Program-made: the position numbers and the translations under genes | IMG/VR virus record: IMGVR_UViG_3300002038_000006 | Coordinates: 119,480 to 183,479 of that record | DNA from: a virus | Length of the DNA stretch: 64,000 nucleotides | Direction: 5' to 3' (one strand) | The notes under the pieces: model-generated | The model's input: the letters and a program-made list of their open reading frames with translations, nothing else | Databases searched by the model: none | What the model was told of the DNA's origin: nothing | Part shown: positions 8,524 through 17,074 of the stretch, piece by piece | Position numbering within the stretch: the first letter of the stretch is position 1 | Layout of the letters: each line of letters starts with the position of its first letter

Positions 8524-8730
8524 TTAGCGACTCCTGATTGTTTTGTTTAGAATTGACCATCCCACATACAGTGAAAAGCCATACCCGAGCATTGAAGTTA
8601 TACCGCCCATGGTAGCTAACATGTCACCTAATGTACTCAACTTGGTTAGTATCTCCACGAACACTAGAGATATTAAAGAGAAGTAGGTAAAGGTGACAAC
8701 AGAAACTATGAAATATTTCTTAGAGTCCAT
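8524..8730 (-). CDS. Small membrane protein
   Basis: Two hydrophobic segments. Confidence 0.65.
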   Translation of the reverse strand: MDSKKYFIVSVVTFTYFSLISLVFVEILTKLSTLGDMLATMGGITSMLGYGFSLYVGWSILNKTIRSR

Positions 8731-8739
8731 GTAGTAGCC

Positions 8740-9663
8740 TTATACGCTAAATGCGTACTTAATTGCTTCTTGTGGGCTATAGTTCTCTACCTTAAAGTCT
8801 TTAGGAGTTAACCACGTCTCAACATCTTTCAATGTCTTAAGGTTATCTGGCAAAATCAAGGTAGGTGTTTCGTCACCCGGCGTACGCTCCATGTGTTCTT
8901 TGAAGTTATCCAATTGGTCTTCATAAACATGGGCGTTAACAATCTTGTGGAAAACCTTACCCGGCTTGTTACCCGTTATACGAGCCATTACAGCAAGCAA
9001 TGCGTAACATTGAACCATGTTATAATTTAGTCCCAAAGGAACGTCACAAGAGCGCTGTGTTGCGTTTAGATGTAATGTACCATTCAATAAAGAGAACTGA
9101 TAGCCGTATAGGCATGGTTTCAAACAACCAAGGTGATTCTCACCCGGATTCCACATCATTAATATTTCAGCACGGTCATCTTTACCAGCTCTAAGGTTAT
9201 CGTACACCTTACGCAGTTGGTCAATCGTACGTACAGGATTAAATTCGTCTTTAGGAATGAACCTATCAGGGACAATCCAATTACGTAACTGTTGTCCATA
9301 AGGACGACCCATAAACGTTGGTGGTGGAAGACTATGTTCGTTGCCCGGAATTAAATTCCATACCAAGTTACGGAATTTACTGTGTAACCACGTAACGGAT
9401 TTGGCATTAGCTATCCAAGTACCAGTACCAAGTAGTTTAAACTTACCAGCATCATCGTACCCGCGTAGGTAACCAAGAACTTCCGCAATAGCTCCTTCCC
9501 AGTTACTCTCACGAGTATCGTCGATTGCCAACTCACCTTTACCAACATCATATTCCATGTCGTGGTTGATTAACACTAGACAATCTTTGCCAGTACGTTC
9601 ATTAAAAGATAATTCCCCTTCGTCTAGGATTCTACGTCCTAGTTCAATATACTGTTTACTCAT
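8740..9663 (-). CDS. thyA: Thymidylate synthase
   Basis: RTG, YGQQLR, WNPG, LKPCL (catalytic Cys), QRSCDVPLGLNYN, NAHVYEDQ. Confidence 0.95.
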   Translation of the reverse strand: MSKQYIELGRRILDEGELSFNERTGKDCLVLINHDMEYDVGKGELAIDDTRESNWEGAIAEVLGYLRGYDDAGKFKLLGTGTWIANAKSVTWLHSKFRNLVWNLIPGNEHSLPPPTFMGRPYGQQLRNWIVPDRFIPKDEFNPVRTIDQLRKVYDNLRAGKDDRAEILMMWNPGENHLGCLKPCLYGYQFSLLNGTLHLNATQRSCDVPLGLNYNMVQCYALLAVMARITGNKPGKVFHKIVNAHVYEDQLDNFKEHMERTPGDETPTLILPDNLKTLKDVETWLTPKDFKVENYSPQEAIKYAFSV

Positions 9664-9979
9664 CGTACTTTTCGTGTTCCTCTGCTAAATTGCTAAGTAG
9701 TTTTAAAAGCATCCACGGCACTATACCAGTAACCACTACTAAAGCAGCTACTCCAAGTCCCATTAACATAGAGGCATCATAACCTAGGTTGGCTATGTTT
9801 TCCATGTAGAATGTAATTGTTTGAAAATTGACGTACCCGAATATTAGGACTGCTACCAATAATAGAAAAAAGGTTTTACCCGCTTTAATCTTTATGGTCA
9901 AAGCACGCTCTGCCTTTTCTTCTTTACTGAATGATGACCATGCGGTCATCATTGTGGTTATCGGAGATGTACTCTTCAT
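9656..9979 (-). CDS. Membrane protein
   Basis: Two transmembrane-like segments. Confidence 0.65.
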   Translation of the reverse strand: MKSTSPITTMMTAWSSFSKEEKAERALTIKIKAGKTFFLLLVAVLIFGYVNFQTITFYMENIANLGYDASMLMGLGVAALVVVTGIVPWMLLKLLSNLAEEHEKYDE

Positions 9980-10230
9980 ACCTTACTATCCCTAATAATT
10001 TTAAATATTACCACTGTGAAGTATATGGCTGCGCCGTATAACGCTATGCACAGTAGTGTGATGAACCAAGCGATGGGGTCCAATCCTAATACAAACAGGT
10101 CTTTAGTTATTTGGATAGTCTCTGGGGCAATGTTCCCTAGTAGTATCCAATAACCTGCGAGTAATAAAGATATCACAAATGTTTTAAGTTGTGCCTTAAT
10201 CGCTTCTAGAACAACAGACTGTTCCAACAT
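9976..10230 (-). CDS. Membrane protein
   Basis: Two transmembrane-like segments; ATGA overlap with the next gene. Confidence 0.65.
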   Translation of the reverse strand: MLEQSVVLEAIKAQLKTFVISLLLAGYWILLGNIAPETIQITKDLFVLGLDPIAWFITLLCIALYGAAIYFTVVIFKIIRDSKV

Positions 10231-10541
10231 AATGCACCTACTGCTATTAAACCTAATGCCAATATAGCACGAACACGCAAGTTGCCTACACCAACAGTTA
10301 GGTGGTCGTTGTGTCTGCGGTTAGTATCGAGCACATCACTTGGGTGAGTTTCACCATTTCTATCTTCAGAACTGTGTCCACAAGTAGGCCAGTGTAGTTT
10401 AGGTAGATTCTTTGCAGTGGCTATGTTAACGCAAGTGTTACGTTCCATGTCCATACAAGTTACTGGAGTTGACCCAGCACTAGCTGATATCTCTATATCA
10501 TCACGATGCCATAATTCTTCGGCTGTGTTATCTTCACACAT
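10206..10541 (-). CDS. Hypothetical protein, possibly disrupted
   Basis: ORF; likely start MCEDN; 3' part overlaps the next gene. Confidence 0.35.
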   Translation of the reverse strand: MCEDNTAEELWHRDDIEISASAGSTPVTCMDMERNTCVNIATAKNLPKLHWPTCGHSSEDRNGETHPSDVLDTNRRHNDHLTVGVGNLRVRAILALGLIAVGALCWNSLLF

Positions 10542-10743
10542 CTTTATCCCCATGTAGGTCATCTAGATACTTACTGAAATCTGCCCCCGTATATCCCTTG
10601 GCTGATAAGTAGTCTAGAATACGTACTTTATGTTCGACTTCATTAACAACGATATAGTCAGTTGGTAATTCGTCTCTATCTTCGTAATCCAACCCAGCAT
10701 GAATTTTACTGGTGTTTGTACCTAGGTAAATTACACAAGTCAC
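10534..10743 (-). CDS. Hypothetical ORF, likely a 3' fragment of a larger gene
   Basis: Frame stays open upstream into the QueC-like fragment; no RBS. Confidence 0.4.
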   Translation of the reverse strand: MTCVIYLGTNTSKIHAGLDYEDRDELPTDYIVVNEVEHKVRILDYLSAKGYTGADFSKYLDDLHGDKDV

Positions 10744-10744
10744 A

Positions 10745-10918
10745 TCACGGTCTATGTTTAGGGTTGGGCATGTTCTCAGCCACTATCGTTACGGCAGTTA
10801 CTTCTGCACCTGCATTCGCCATAGCTATTAACATACAGGTTGAGTCAAGACCTCCTGACCAAGGTACTGCTACTTTCTTACCTTTGTACTTACCGAATAA
10901 CTTATTCAACTTAAGCAT
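10745..10918 (-). pseudogene. Truncated PP-loop ATP pyrophosphatase (QueC-like N-terminus, 57 aa)
   Basis: Manual translation MLKLNKLFGKYKGKKVAVPWSGGLDSTCMLIAMANAGAEVTAVTI..KHRP*; SGGLDS PP-loop. Confidence 0.7.
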
Positions 10919-10919
10919 A

Positions 10920-11231
10920 CTACATTCTCTTATCTAGTTCACTGGCCAATTCAAGTAACTTAGGCATGTCGGTTTTAGCAAATAACAATCTATCTTTGCG
11001 ATACTCAAGAATTTCTTCAAAGGCCTTAAGCATTATCTCACGGTCTCTATCTTCAGTAACCGCATTGGTAGATGGAACAATCAAATGTTCAGAGGTATTT
11101 GAAAAACCCGTAAATATTGGATGGTCTGGATTATCTTCTTTAAGGACTGCTACCAACTCTTCGGTATGTTTAACGTCAGCTTCTAATTGTTCTATACGTT
11201 GTTGTACTGCTTTCACTGCTAAATTACTCAT
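10920..11231 (-). CDS. Hypothetical coiled-coil protein
   Basis: ORF with GGGGA RBS. Confidence 0.7.
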   Translation of the reverse strand: MSNLAVKAVQQRIEQLEADVKHTEELVAVLKEDNPDHPIFTGFSNTSEHLIVPSTNAVTEDRDREIMLKAFEEILEYRKDRLLFAKTDMPKLLELASELDKRM

Positions 11232-11233
11232 GG

Positions 11234-11716
11234 TTATCCCCTAAATTGTTTACACGGTGTTCCTTTATCATTTAAGAACTTCTTACCGTCATGTTTGGTA
11301 TAGTCATTGTTATCGGGTAGACTATCGTGATTACACATAAACTCTTCTAAGTACCATACTTCACTAATACCTAAAAGATACAAACTCTTAGCACATTCAA
11401 TACAAGGTGAGTGTGTTAAGAAAACTATGCCGCCTGTAGCAACAATACCTGTACGAGATAACTTATCCAGAGAATTACGTTCTGCATGAACTACTTCTGG
11501 TCTGGTTTTTCCTGCTAGAGTAGGATGGTCATCATCATATTCGCACTTGTTAGGTGAACCGGGAGGCATACCATTCCAACCTACAGATATTAACCCGTTA
11601 GTCGTTACCAGTACACTACCCACAGTTCTTTTCTTAGCTACAGATTCTTGTCTACACCTTACAGCCATATCCATATACAGTTTAAAGTACTTGGGCTTTA
11701 GTGGGTCAATCATCAT
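11234..11716 (-). CDS. dcd: dCMP deaminase
   Basis: VGSV..GWNG.PPG, HAERN, THSPCIECAK; start moved to MMIDP. Confidence 0.9.
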   Translation of the reverse strand: MMIDPLKPKYFKLYMDMAVRCRQESVAKKRTVGSVLVTTNGLISVGWNGMPPGSPNKCEYDDDHPTLAGKTRPEVVHAERNSLDKLSRTGIVATGGIVFLTHSPCIECAKSLYLLGISEVWYLEEFMCNHDSLPDNNDYTKHDGKKFLNDKGTPCKQFRG

Positions 11717-11789
11717 AATCCTTTTATTAATATCGATGGTTCTATAATAATACATGCTGATGTATTTTTTTAACCAAAAAAAAAATAGA

Positions 11790-11950
11790 CGGCATAAGTA
11801 AAAAAAGGGGGACCAGAGGCGGTCCCCCAAAGGGTGAGAGTCGCGAACTCTCCTGTGGACGCTAGTTTGACCGGTTGAATAAAAGAAAAGAGGTACGAAC
11901 AACGTCCTCTCTAAAAGGGAGTATACTAGGGGGAAACCTATTACTCCGCA
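11790..11950 (-). other. Four-hairpin non-coding segment ending in a terminator
   Basis: GGAGUA/UACUCC, AGAGG/CCUCU, GAGAG-UUCGCGA-CUCUC, GGGGGACC/GGUCCCCC + U7. Confidence 0.5.
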
Positions 11951-11956
11951 AGTGTG

Positions 11957-12688
11957 TTAGGTATCGAAACCCATTTCTTTAAACAATGACGCACATTCGA
12001 AATAGTAACTATCGCTGGTAGAGTAAACAATTAACTCACCATATTTAGATTCTTCGAAGTTGATAGCTGTCGATATACCGAAGTATTGTGAACAACCACG
12101 ATTTCTAAATTCATGATTCTCCAATACGCCGTAGGTATGTTCAGCCATCAGTGCTCTATCTTTACGGTCTAGTGGAAACTCAGGAGCAACACCATGTGTA
12201 AGGATAAAGCTAATGTCATTATCTAACAGGACTTCAGTTAGTTCTTTCCATAGTACGCTTTCGGTAATGTTATCTTTACCAAATAAACGTTCTATACCCG
12301 GTAAGTCGATGAGTACTAAACTAACATCGTAGTTGGATACATTGAGATTATGTTTCAATAGGTCAATGAAGCAATCTACTGAACCAAATGAATTCATAGT
12401 AGCGCTAACTAATTCGAACCCAACTGGACATAACTCTGGAGACAGTTTCTCCATCAATGCAGTGAACGGTGATTCGGAATCGAATACCATTACTGACTTA
12501 CCTTGTTTTAATTCTTTGTTCTGCTTACCCATGTTAACAGCAAGTTCTCTAACTATCTTTGCTGAGAATAATGAACGTCCACCTTGGATAGGCGAGTACA
12601 CTACAATGCCTGTTGCTTTATCTTCTTCGTTAATAGTAGAAAATATTGGAGCTAACGGCATGTCTTTAATTAAACCTTTCAACATCAA
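11957..12688 (-). CDS. Degenerate RecA/DnaB-fold P-loop protein
   Basis: IVVYSPIQGGRSLF (Walker A K>R), VMVFDSE, LVLID, FILTH. Confidence 0.5.
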   Translation of the reverse strand: MMLKGLIKDMPLAPIFSTINEEDKATGIVVYSPIQGGRSLFSAKIVRELAVNMGKQNKELKQGKSVMVFDSESPFTALMEKLSPELCPVGFELVSATMNSFGSVDCFIDLLKHNLNVSNYDVSLVLIDLPGIERLFGKDNITESVLWKELTEVLLDNDISFILTHGVAPEFPLDRKDRALMAEHTYGVLENHEFRNRGCSQYFGISTAINFEESKYGELIVYSTSDSYYFECASLFKEMGFDT

Positions 12689-12810
12689 GTGATTCCTTAT
12701 ATATCATTTTTAGTTGTTGACTACACTCACTCAAAAGATTACCTGAGGGTGTAATTTTGCGCCCAAACGACATAGGGGGAGGACGAACCTCCCCTTATAT
12801 TTTAGGCTAG

Positions 12811-14418
12811 TTAGATTTGTTCTACGAACAATTGGTAACGAGTTCTAGTATCGCCATTGTCCACAATCAAGATTGGGAAAGCATCTACATTTTCAGCCAT
12901 GCCAGTATAGAACATGTTCTGTTCTGTAACTTCAATCATGGTTTCACGGTTAACCGCTTCGATTACTTTACGATGAGGGAATAGAACACCTTTAGCTATT
13001 TCAGGGAACATACAGTTATTAATTGTCTTTTCACCGTATTGCTCAAGGCGCTTAGAGAACTCATCAGAGTGGAACGTTAAACCAGACATACCTTTCCAAG
13101 ATGACCCATACCATTCACATGGTAGTTTGTGTAAAGAGTTTATCTCTAGTTCAGTCTGTCCCGACATTAACTGCGTAGCTGGAGTTAGTTTAGGATTCAT
13201 TCCCCAAGAATACTGGTTAGGTGTTTCTGGAGTATCCCACTTAAGTGGTGATGGTGCATCCTGATTAGCAGAGCCAAATACGCAACCTATATTAACGCCA
13301 CGGCTAGGTGTGTTAAGTGCCATGAACAAACGCTTGGCTTGAGGTAGTACTTTATTCATGAACGTATCAACAGTAACCTGCTTAATGTCCGTGAGTTCAG
13401 TAATAGATGGTTCTTTATCCGTACCACGTGCCTTGGAGAAGATATCACCTTCATCTTTCTCTTCAGTAGGAGTCGTAGTCCAGATTGCTAAGTCTGCAAC
13501 TTCTTCCAACTTAACTACGCGACGAGCAATAGAATCTTTATAGCCCAGCTTTTCGATTTCAGCAACAGATTTATTGAATTCCAATTCAGAGATGTCAGCC
13601 ATGGAAGTGGTAGGTCTCTGGTAGGTAGTAGCACCTGCATACGTTTCAATAATCTTGAATGCTTTCTCGATATCACCAGTTTCCACGAACTTGTCAAGTG
13701 TCTCACCAACCACAGTACCCTTAACGCCAGCACGACCATCTAAACCAAATTCAGAAGCACACTGATAGATTAAAGTATTACGCTCATTACCTTTGGCTGC
13801 TGTTATTGCTTTTAGATTGTCAATATGTCCCATGAGAGACTTAGCAAAGTTTACCTTACGGTTACTATTTGCATTAGCTAGATGTTTTTGTAACTCTTCC
13901 ATAACTGGAATACGGTTACCCCAATCGCGAATCATTGTGCCAATACGTGCCACGTTAACATCGACAGCTTTCTTCATCTGGATTGTGTTACGTAATGAAC
14001 CTTCTGAATTGTTAACATGTAGATGGTTAAAACCACCTTTAGTTGCAAACCCTAGTGTTGCAGGATTTGATTCAGGAGATACGTAAGACGACACTACCTT
14101 ACCTGTAGCGATTAGGTCATTCATCTTTCTAATGATAGTTTCAACATGCTCGGGTAGGTCAGTTGATACTATGTTCCAAAGCACTGGAATTATCTTACCA
14201 GTATCTTGGTCAATGATTGCTATACGACCATAACGGTTAAGGAACGTGTCACAACATGAACAGTTCCAAGGTTTTAGCCCTGCTTCCACCATTAACTTAG
14301 CGAAGAATACTGAAGGCTTGTACTTACCAACCACATTAAACAATGGTGTAGAACCACATGCAGCTAGTGAGTTTTTAATGTTTGCTTGTAGAAATTCTAC
14401 TAATTTACCGTCTTCCAT
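12811..14418 (-). CDS. Large hypothetical phage protein (WNCSCC motif)
   Basis: 535-aa ORF, AAGGA RBS, terminator downstream. Confidence 0.8.
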   Translation of the reverse strand: MEDGKLVEFLQANIKNSLAACGSTPLFNVVGKYKPSVFFAKLMVEAGLKPWNCSCCDTFLNRYGRIAIIDQDTGKIIPVLWNIVSTDLPEHVETIIRKMNDLIATGKVVSSYVSPESNPATLGFATKGGFNHLHVNNSEGSLRNTIQMKKAVDVNVARIGTMIRDWGNRIPVMEELQKHLANANSNRKVNFAKSLMGHIDNLKAITAAKGNERNTLIYQCASEFGLDGRAGVKGTVVGETLDKFVETGDIEKAFKIIETYAGATTYQRPTTSMADISELEFNKSVAEIEKLGYKDSIARRVVKLEEVADLAIWTTTPTEEKDEGDIFSKARGTDKEPSITELTDIKQVTVDTFMNKVLPQAKRLFMALNTPSRGVNIGCVFGSANQDAPSPLKWDTPETPNQYSWGMNPKLTPATQLMSGQTELEINSLHKLPCEWYGSSWKGMSGLTFHSDEFSKRLEQYGEKTINNCMFPEIAKGVLFPHRKVIEAVNRETMIEVTEQNMFYTGMAENVDAFPILIVDNGDTRTRYQLFVEQI

Positions 14419-14488
14419 CGTACTTTCCTTTTATTTAAAGATTTATGTTTTAGGTTACTACTATATTAAAAATGAAGCGGGTAAAAAA

Positions 14489-14749
14489 TCACCCGCGGTT
14501 ACGTTCCATTGAGTTTTCTGCCATCTCAACTGGTCTACAGGTCTCGTACATGACATGACTATCCTGTTGTTCTTTAAGCACTTCAAGAATATCATCATAT
14601 TCACAATCCCAGTATTCCATTTCGATAAGAACCTCACCAAGTCTCAAGTCGGGCTGAAACTTAGTTAGGCGGTGACACAGACCTTTCTTTACTAAAGTGT
14701 GGGAGAATTCAAATACATCACCCTGACACTCTGCACGATAAGACATAAC
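14489..14749 (-). CDS. Hypothetical protein
   Basis: SYRAEC..D...QQDSHVMYETCRP; start uncertain. Confidence 0.6.
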   Translation of the reverse strand, partial: VMSYRAECQGDVFEFSHTLVKKGLCHRLTKFQPDLRLGEVLIEMEYWDCEYDDILEVLKEQQDSHVMYETCRPVEMAENSMERNRG

Positions 14750-14996
14750 GTCTAACACCAATTACTATTCTAGGACCGCTTCCGAAAGCTCCAGTATGTC
14801 TTTGCTTTCTACGTTCAGCCTGACGTTCTTCCTCTTCACGTTTGTACTGTGCATGAGCTTCTTCATCAGCCTTGGGGGGTATAGCAACTAAACGATGAGC
14901 AACCATATTCTTCATTAACATACGCATTTTATCAGCTTTCATTTTAGTGCTCCCAGAAAGATAACCAGCCTTCACGAATAATCGTAGCAATCCCAT
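14718..14996 (-). CDS. Hypothetical protein
   Basis: ORF; true start probably MKADK. Confidence 0.5.
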   Translation of the reverse strand: MGLLRLFVKAGYLSGSTKMKADKMRMLMKNMVAHRLVAIPPKADEEAHAQYKREEEERQAERRKQRHTGAFGSGPRIVIGVRRYVLSCRVSG

Positions 14997-15204
14997 GTAT
15001 ACACATTGCTAAGATAGTCCATATTGTTAATATCGATACAGTGACAAACATAGAGCCATCTTTTTGTATCAATTCCCACTGATTTACTATATCCAACATT
15101 GTAGGTGCATATAGAAAACTAACTTTAACTACCATTACGTAGGCAAGGGCGATTTGGCATAAAAGCCCGATTGGGCCGAGTGTGGTTATTATAGTTTTAA
15201 ACAT
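14944..15204 (-). CDS. Membrane protein
   Basis: Hydrophobic segments, AGGA RBS. Confidence 0.6.
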   Translation of the reverse strand: MFKTIITTLGPIGLLCQIALAYVMVVKVSFLYAPTMLDIVNQWELIQKDGSMFVTVSILTIWTILAMCIHGIATIIREGWLSFWEH

Positions 15205-15260
15205 TTCTCTTTTCCTGTTATTAATGAGTTTTATTTCAGGCGGTACTAGACCGCCATCAT

Positions 15261-15623
15261 TTAAGTAATACTACAGTAGATGAATAGTAGGGCCGTTAAG
15301 CCTATAACCATATTCGCTAACCATATTACTTTCTTACGGATTGCTTGCCAGATATCTAACCAGTGTTGTTCCTCCAACAAGATTACCATCATCGTTATAT
15401 AATAGATAGATATACCCAATGGCCATAAGAACCAGAGGATATGGAATATCACAGCAGCTGGGTATTCACCCACAGCGTATTGCAACTGCTTATATATAAA
15501 CAAGCTATCTTTACCGAACAGTAGGTTTAGAGCTATTACGCATGAAAGTATCCAGAGAGTTAATCCTACTCCAAATAATCCCCATGCTGGTAACAAGTCC
15601 ATGAACCACTTTAACGTTTCCAT
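15261..15623 (-). CDS. Membrane protein
   Basis: Three hydrophobic segments. Confidence 0.7.
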   Translation of the reverse strand: METLKWFMDLLPAWGLFGVGLTLWILSCVIALNLLFGKDSLFIYKQLQYAVGEYPAAVIFHILWFLWPLGISIYYITMMVILLEEQHWLDIWQAIRKKVIWLANMVIGLTALLFIYCSIT

Positions 15624-15631
15624 GTTTCCCC

Positions 15632-15997
15632 CTATGCCGCCTTACGTTTAGGCTGCTCTTTTAGAGCAGCCTTATGTCGTCTTTCAACTAGACGTGCTCT
15701 TTGCTTCTTAGTTGTACCAGACACTTGGTCTAGGTAGTCTTTACGGTTGCCCACATACGCCATAAAGGCTAATGAGTCAGCGTAATCTTCAACTGCTTTT
15801 AACGGCTCAGGATATTCTAAAACATCCTTTGTGATTTCACCGTTCTTGTAGACACGACGAGTGTGTCCATTATACGTCACAACAATGTGAGCGTTTGAGT
15901 CTTTGAAGCGGAAGCGATTAACTTCACTATCTGGGTTAGTACATTCTACTACTTCAGGATTTTCCTGACCATTAACTTCACAAGCTACATTCCACAT
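15632..15997 (-). CDS. Hypothetical protein with basic C-terminus
   Basis: ORF with AAGGA RBS. Confidence 0.7.
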   Translation of the reverse strand: MWNVACEVNGQENPEVVECTNPDSEVNRFRFKDSNAHIVVTYNGHTRRVYKNGEITKDVLEYPEPLKAVEDYADSLAFMAYVGNRKDYLDQVSGTTKKQRARLVERRHKAALKEQPKRKAA

Positions 15998-16055
15998 AAC
16001 TTTGTTCCTTTCATTTACAAAATCAGATTCTTTTGAATCGTTGGTTTAATTGAGG

Positions 16056-16334
16056 TTAGAATACTACGACCTTTTGACCTTTAGGAGTTTCGATAACTCC
16101 ACTAAGCCAACCAAAGCGGTCTTTCTCACCAGCGTATACTTTAATACCAGCAGGTTCCATTACGTGCACTATTGCTCCGTAGTTAGGATTACCTTTAGGT
16201 GTTATTAGAATATCATCCGCAGCGGCTACAATTTCCGCAGGGACTTTACTTTCTTGGATAAAGCCATGTTCATCACACGGTAGGTTTGTTTTATCCAGTT
16301 CGAGTATCTTAGATACAAATACTTGTGCGTCCAT
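16056..16334 (-). CDS. Hypothetical protein
   Basis: GEKDRFGWLSGVIETPKG; AAGGTG RBS. Confidence 0.75.
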   Translation of the reverse strand: MDAQVFVSKILELDKTNLPCDEHGFIQESKVPAEIVAAADDILITPKGNPNYGAIVHVMEPAGIKVYAGEKDRFGWLSGVIETPKGQKVVVF

Positions 16335-16719
16335 TTATTCACCTTATTAGCGGTGTTCAATTTATACTGAGTTAGTATTCTATCTACAATGAATCCTGAG
16401 GTACATTCTGGATATTCTTTAACTAACTCTATAGCTCTTAACATTAAACCCTTGGGTAACGCATAGCCACCCTCAATAATAATATTGGAGTATGTATTTT
16501 TCCACCCGTCCTTAGTTAGTTCAATGACTGGTAGGCGTTTACCTAGGTACGATACGTGAGAGGCACAATCTTCATGTACTTCCTCGTAATGCCGTCTTAA
16601 TCTTTTATTGACCCCTTCTGTTGTTACAGTTGTATGTTCCAATAATTGTAACGGTTAGATTCTAGATGCAGATATAGAACACGCCTCATTATTTTCAGCT
16701 CGTTTACTCTGGTATACAT
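16226..16719 (-). CDS. Hypothetical protein, frameshifted (31-aa ORF 16624-16719 plus ORF 16226-16642)
   Basis: RBS and ATG at 16719; adding one C at TCTAACCG joins the frames (LHLESNPLQLLEHTT). Confidence 0.45.
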
Positions 16720-16763
16720 CAGCAACTCCCTTTCATTAGTTACATTAATACTGATACCACTAA

Positions 16764-16782
16764 GATAATATGTCTTTGAAAT
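16764..16782 (-). promoter_or_regulatory. Early-type promoter motif
   Basis: ATTTCAAAGACATATTATC. Confidence 0.55.
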
Positions 16783-16852
16783 TATTTAACATAGATGGCA
16801 AAAGAAAGTAGAAGGCCGTCATTGAGACAGCCCTCTATTACTCGACTACCTG

Positions 16853-17056
16853 TTAGTGAAGCAATGAATCGTCGTTATACTTACCACACCCGCAGGAGTT
16901 CTGATTCCCTGAAATTAAATCCGACTCCGGAACCATTACACTACTGCCACATGTACACTCACACTTCCAATGCCCTACTTGGGCTACGTGTTTCATTGGT
17001 AACATCACCATCCCATAAAAGTAGAATGGGGTGTATTTTTTATTAACCGCAAACAA
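16853..17056 (-). CDS. Stand-alone Cys-rich domain of the type at the N-terminus of HNH/AP2 homing endonucleases
   Basis: WKCECTCG...LISG..SCGC. Confidence 0.6.
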   Translation of the reverse strand: MFAVNKKYTPFYFYGMVMLPMKHVAQVGHWKCECTCGSSVMVPESDLISGNQNSCGCGKYNDDSLLH

Positions 17057-17074
17057 ATCTCTCCATATACTAAG

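Noticed and set aside
8740-9663. ThyA as a dCMP hydroxymethylase for base modification
   Set aside because: It keeps the dUMP-specifying Asn (LGLNYN) and clusters with dfr and dcd; an ordinary thymidylate synthase
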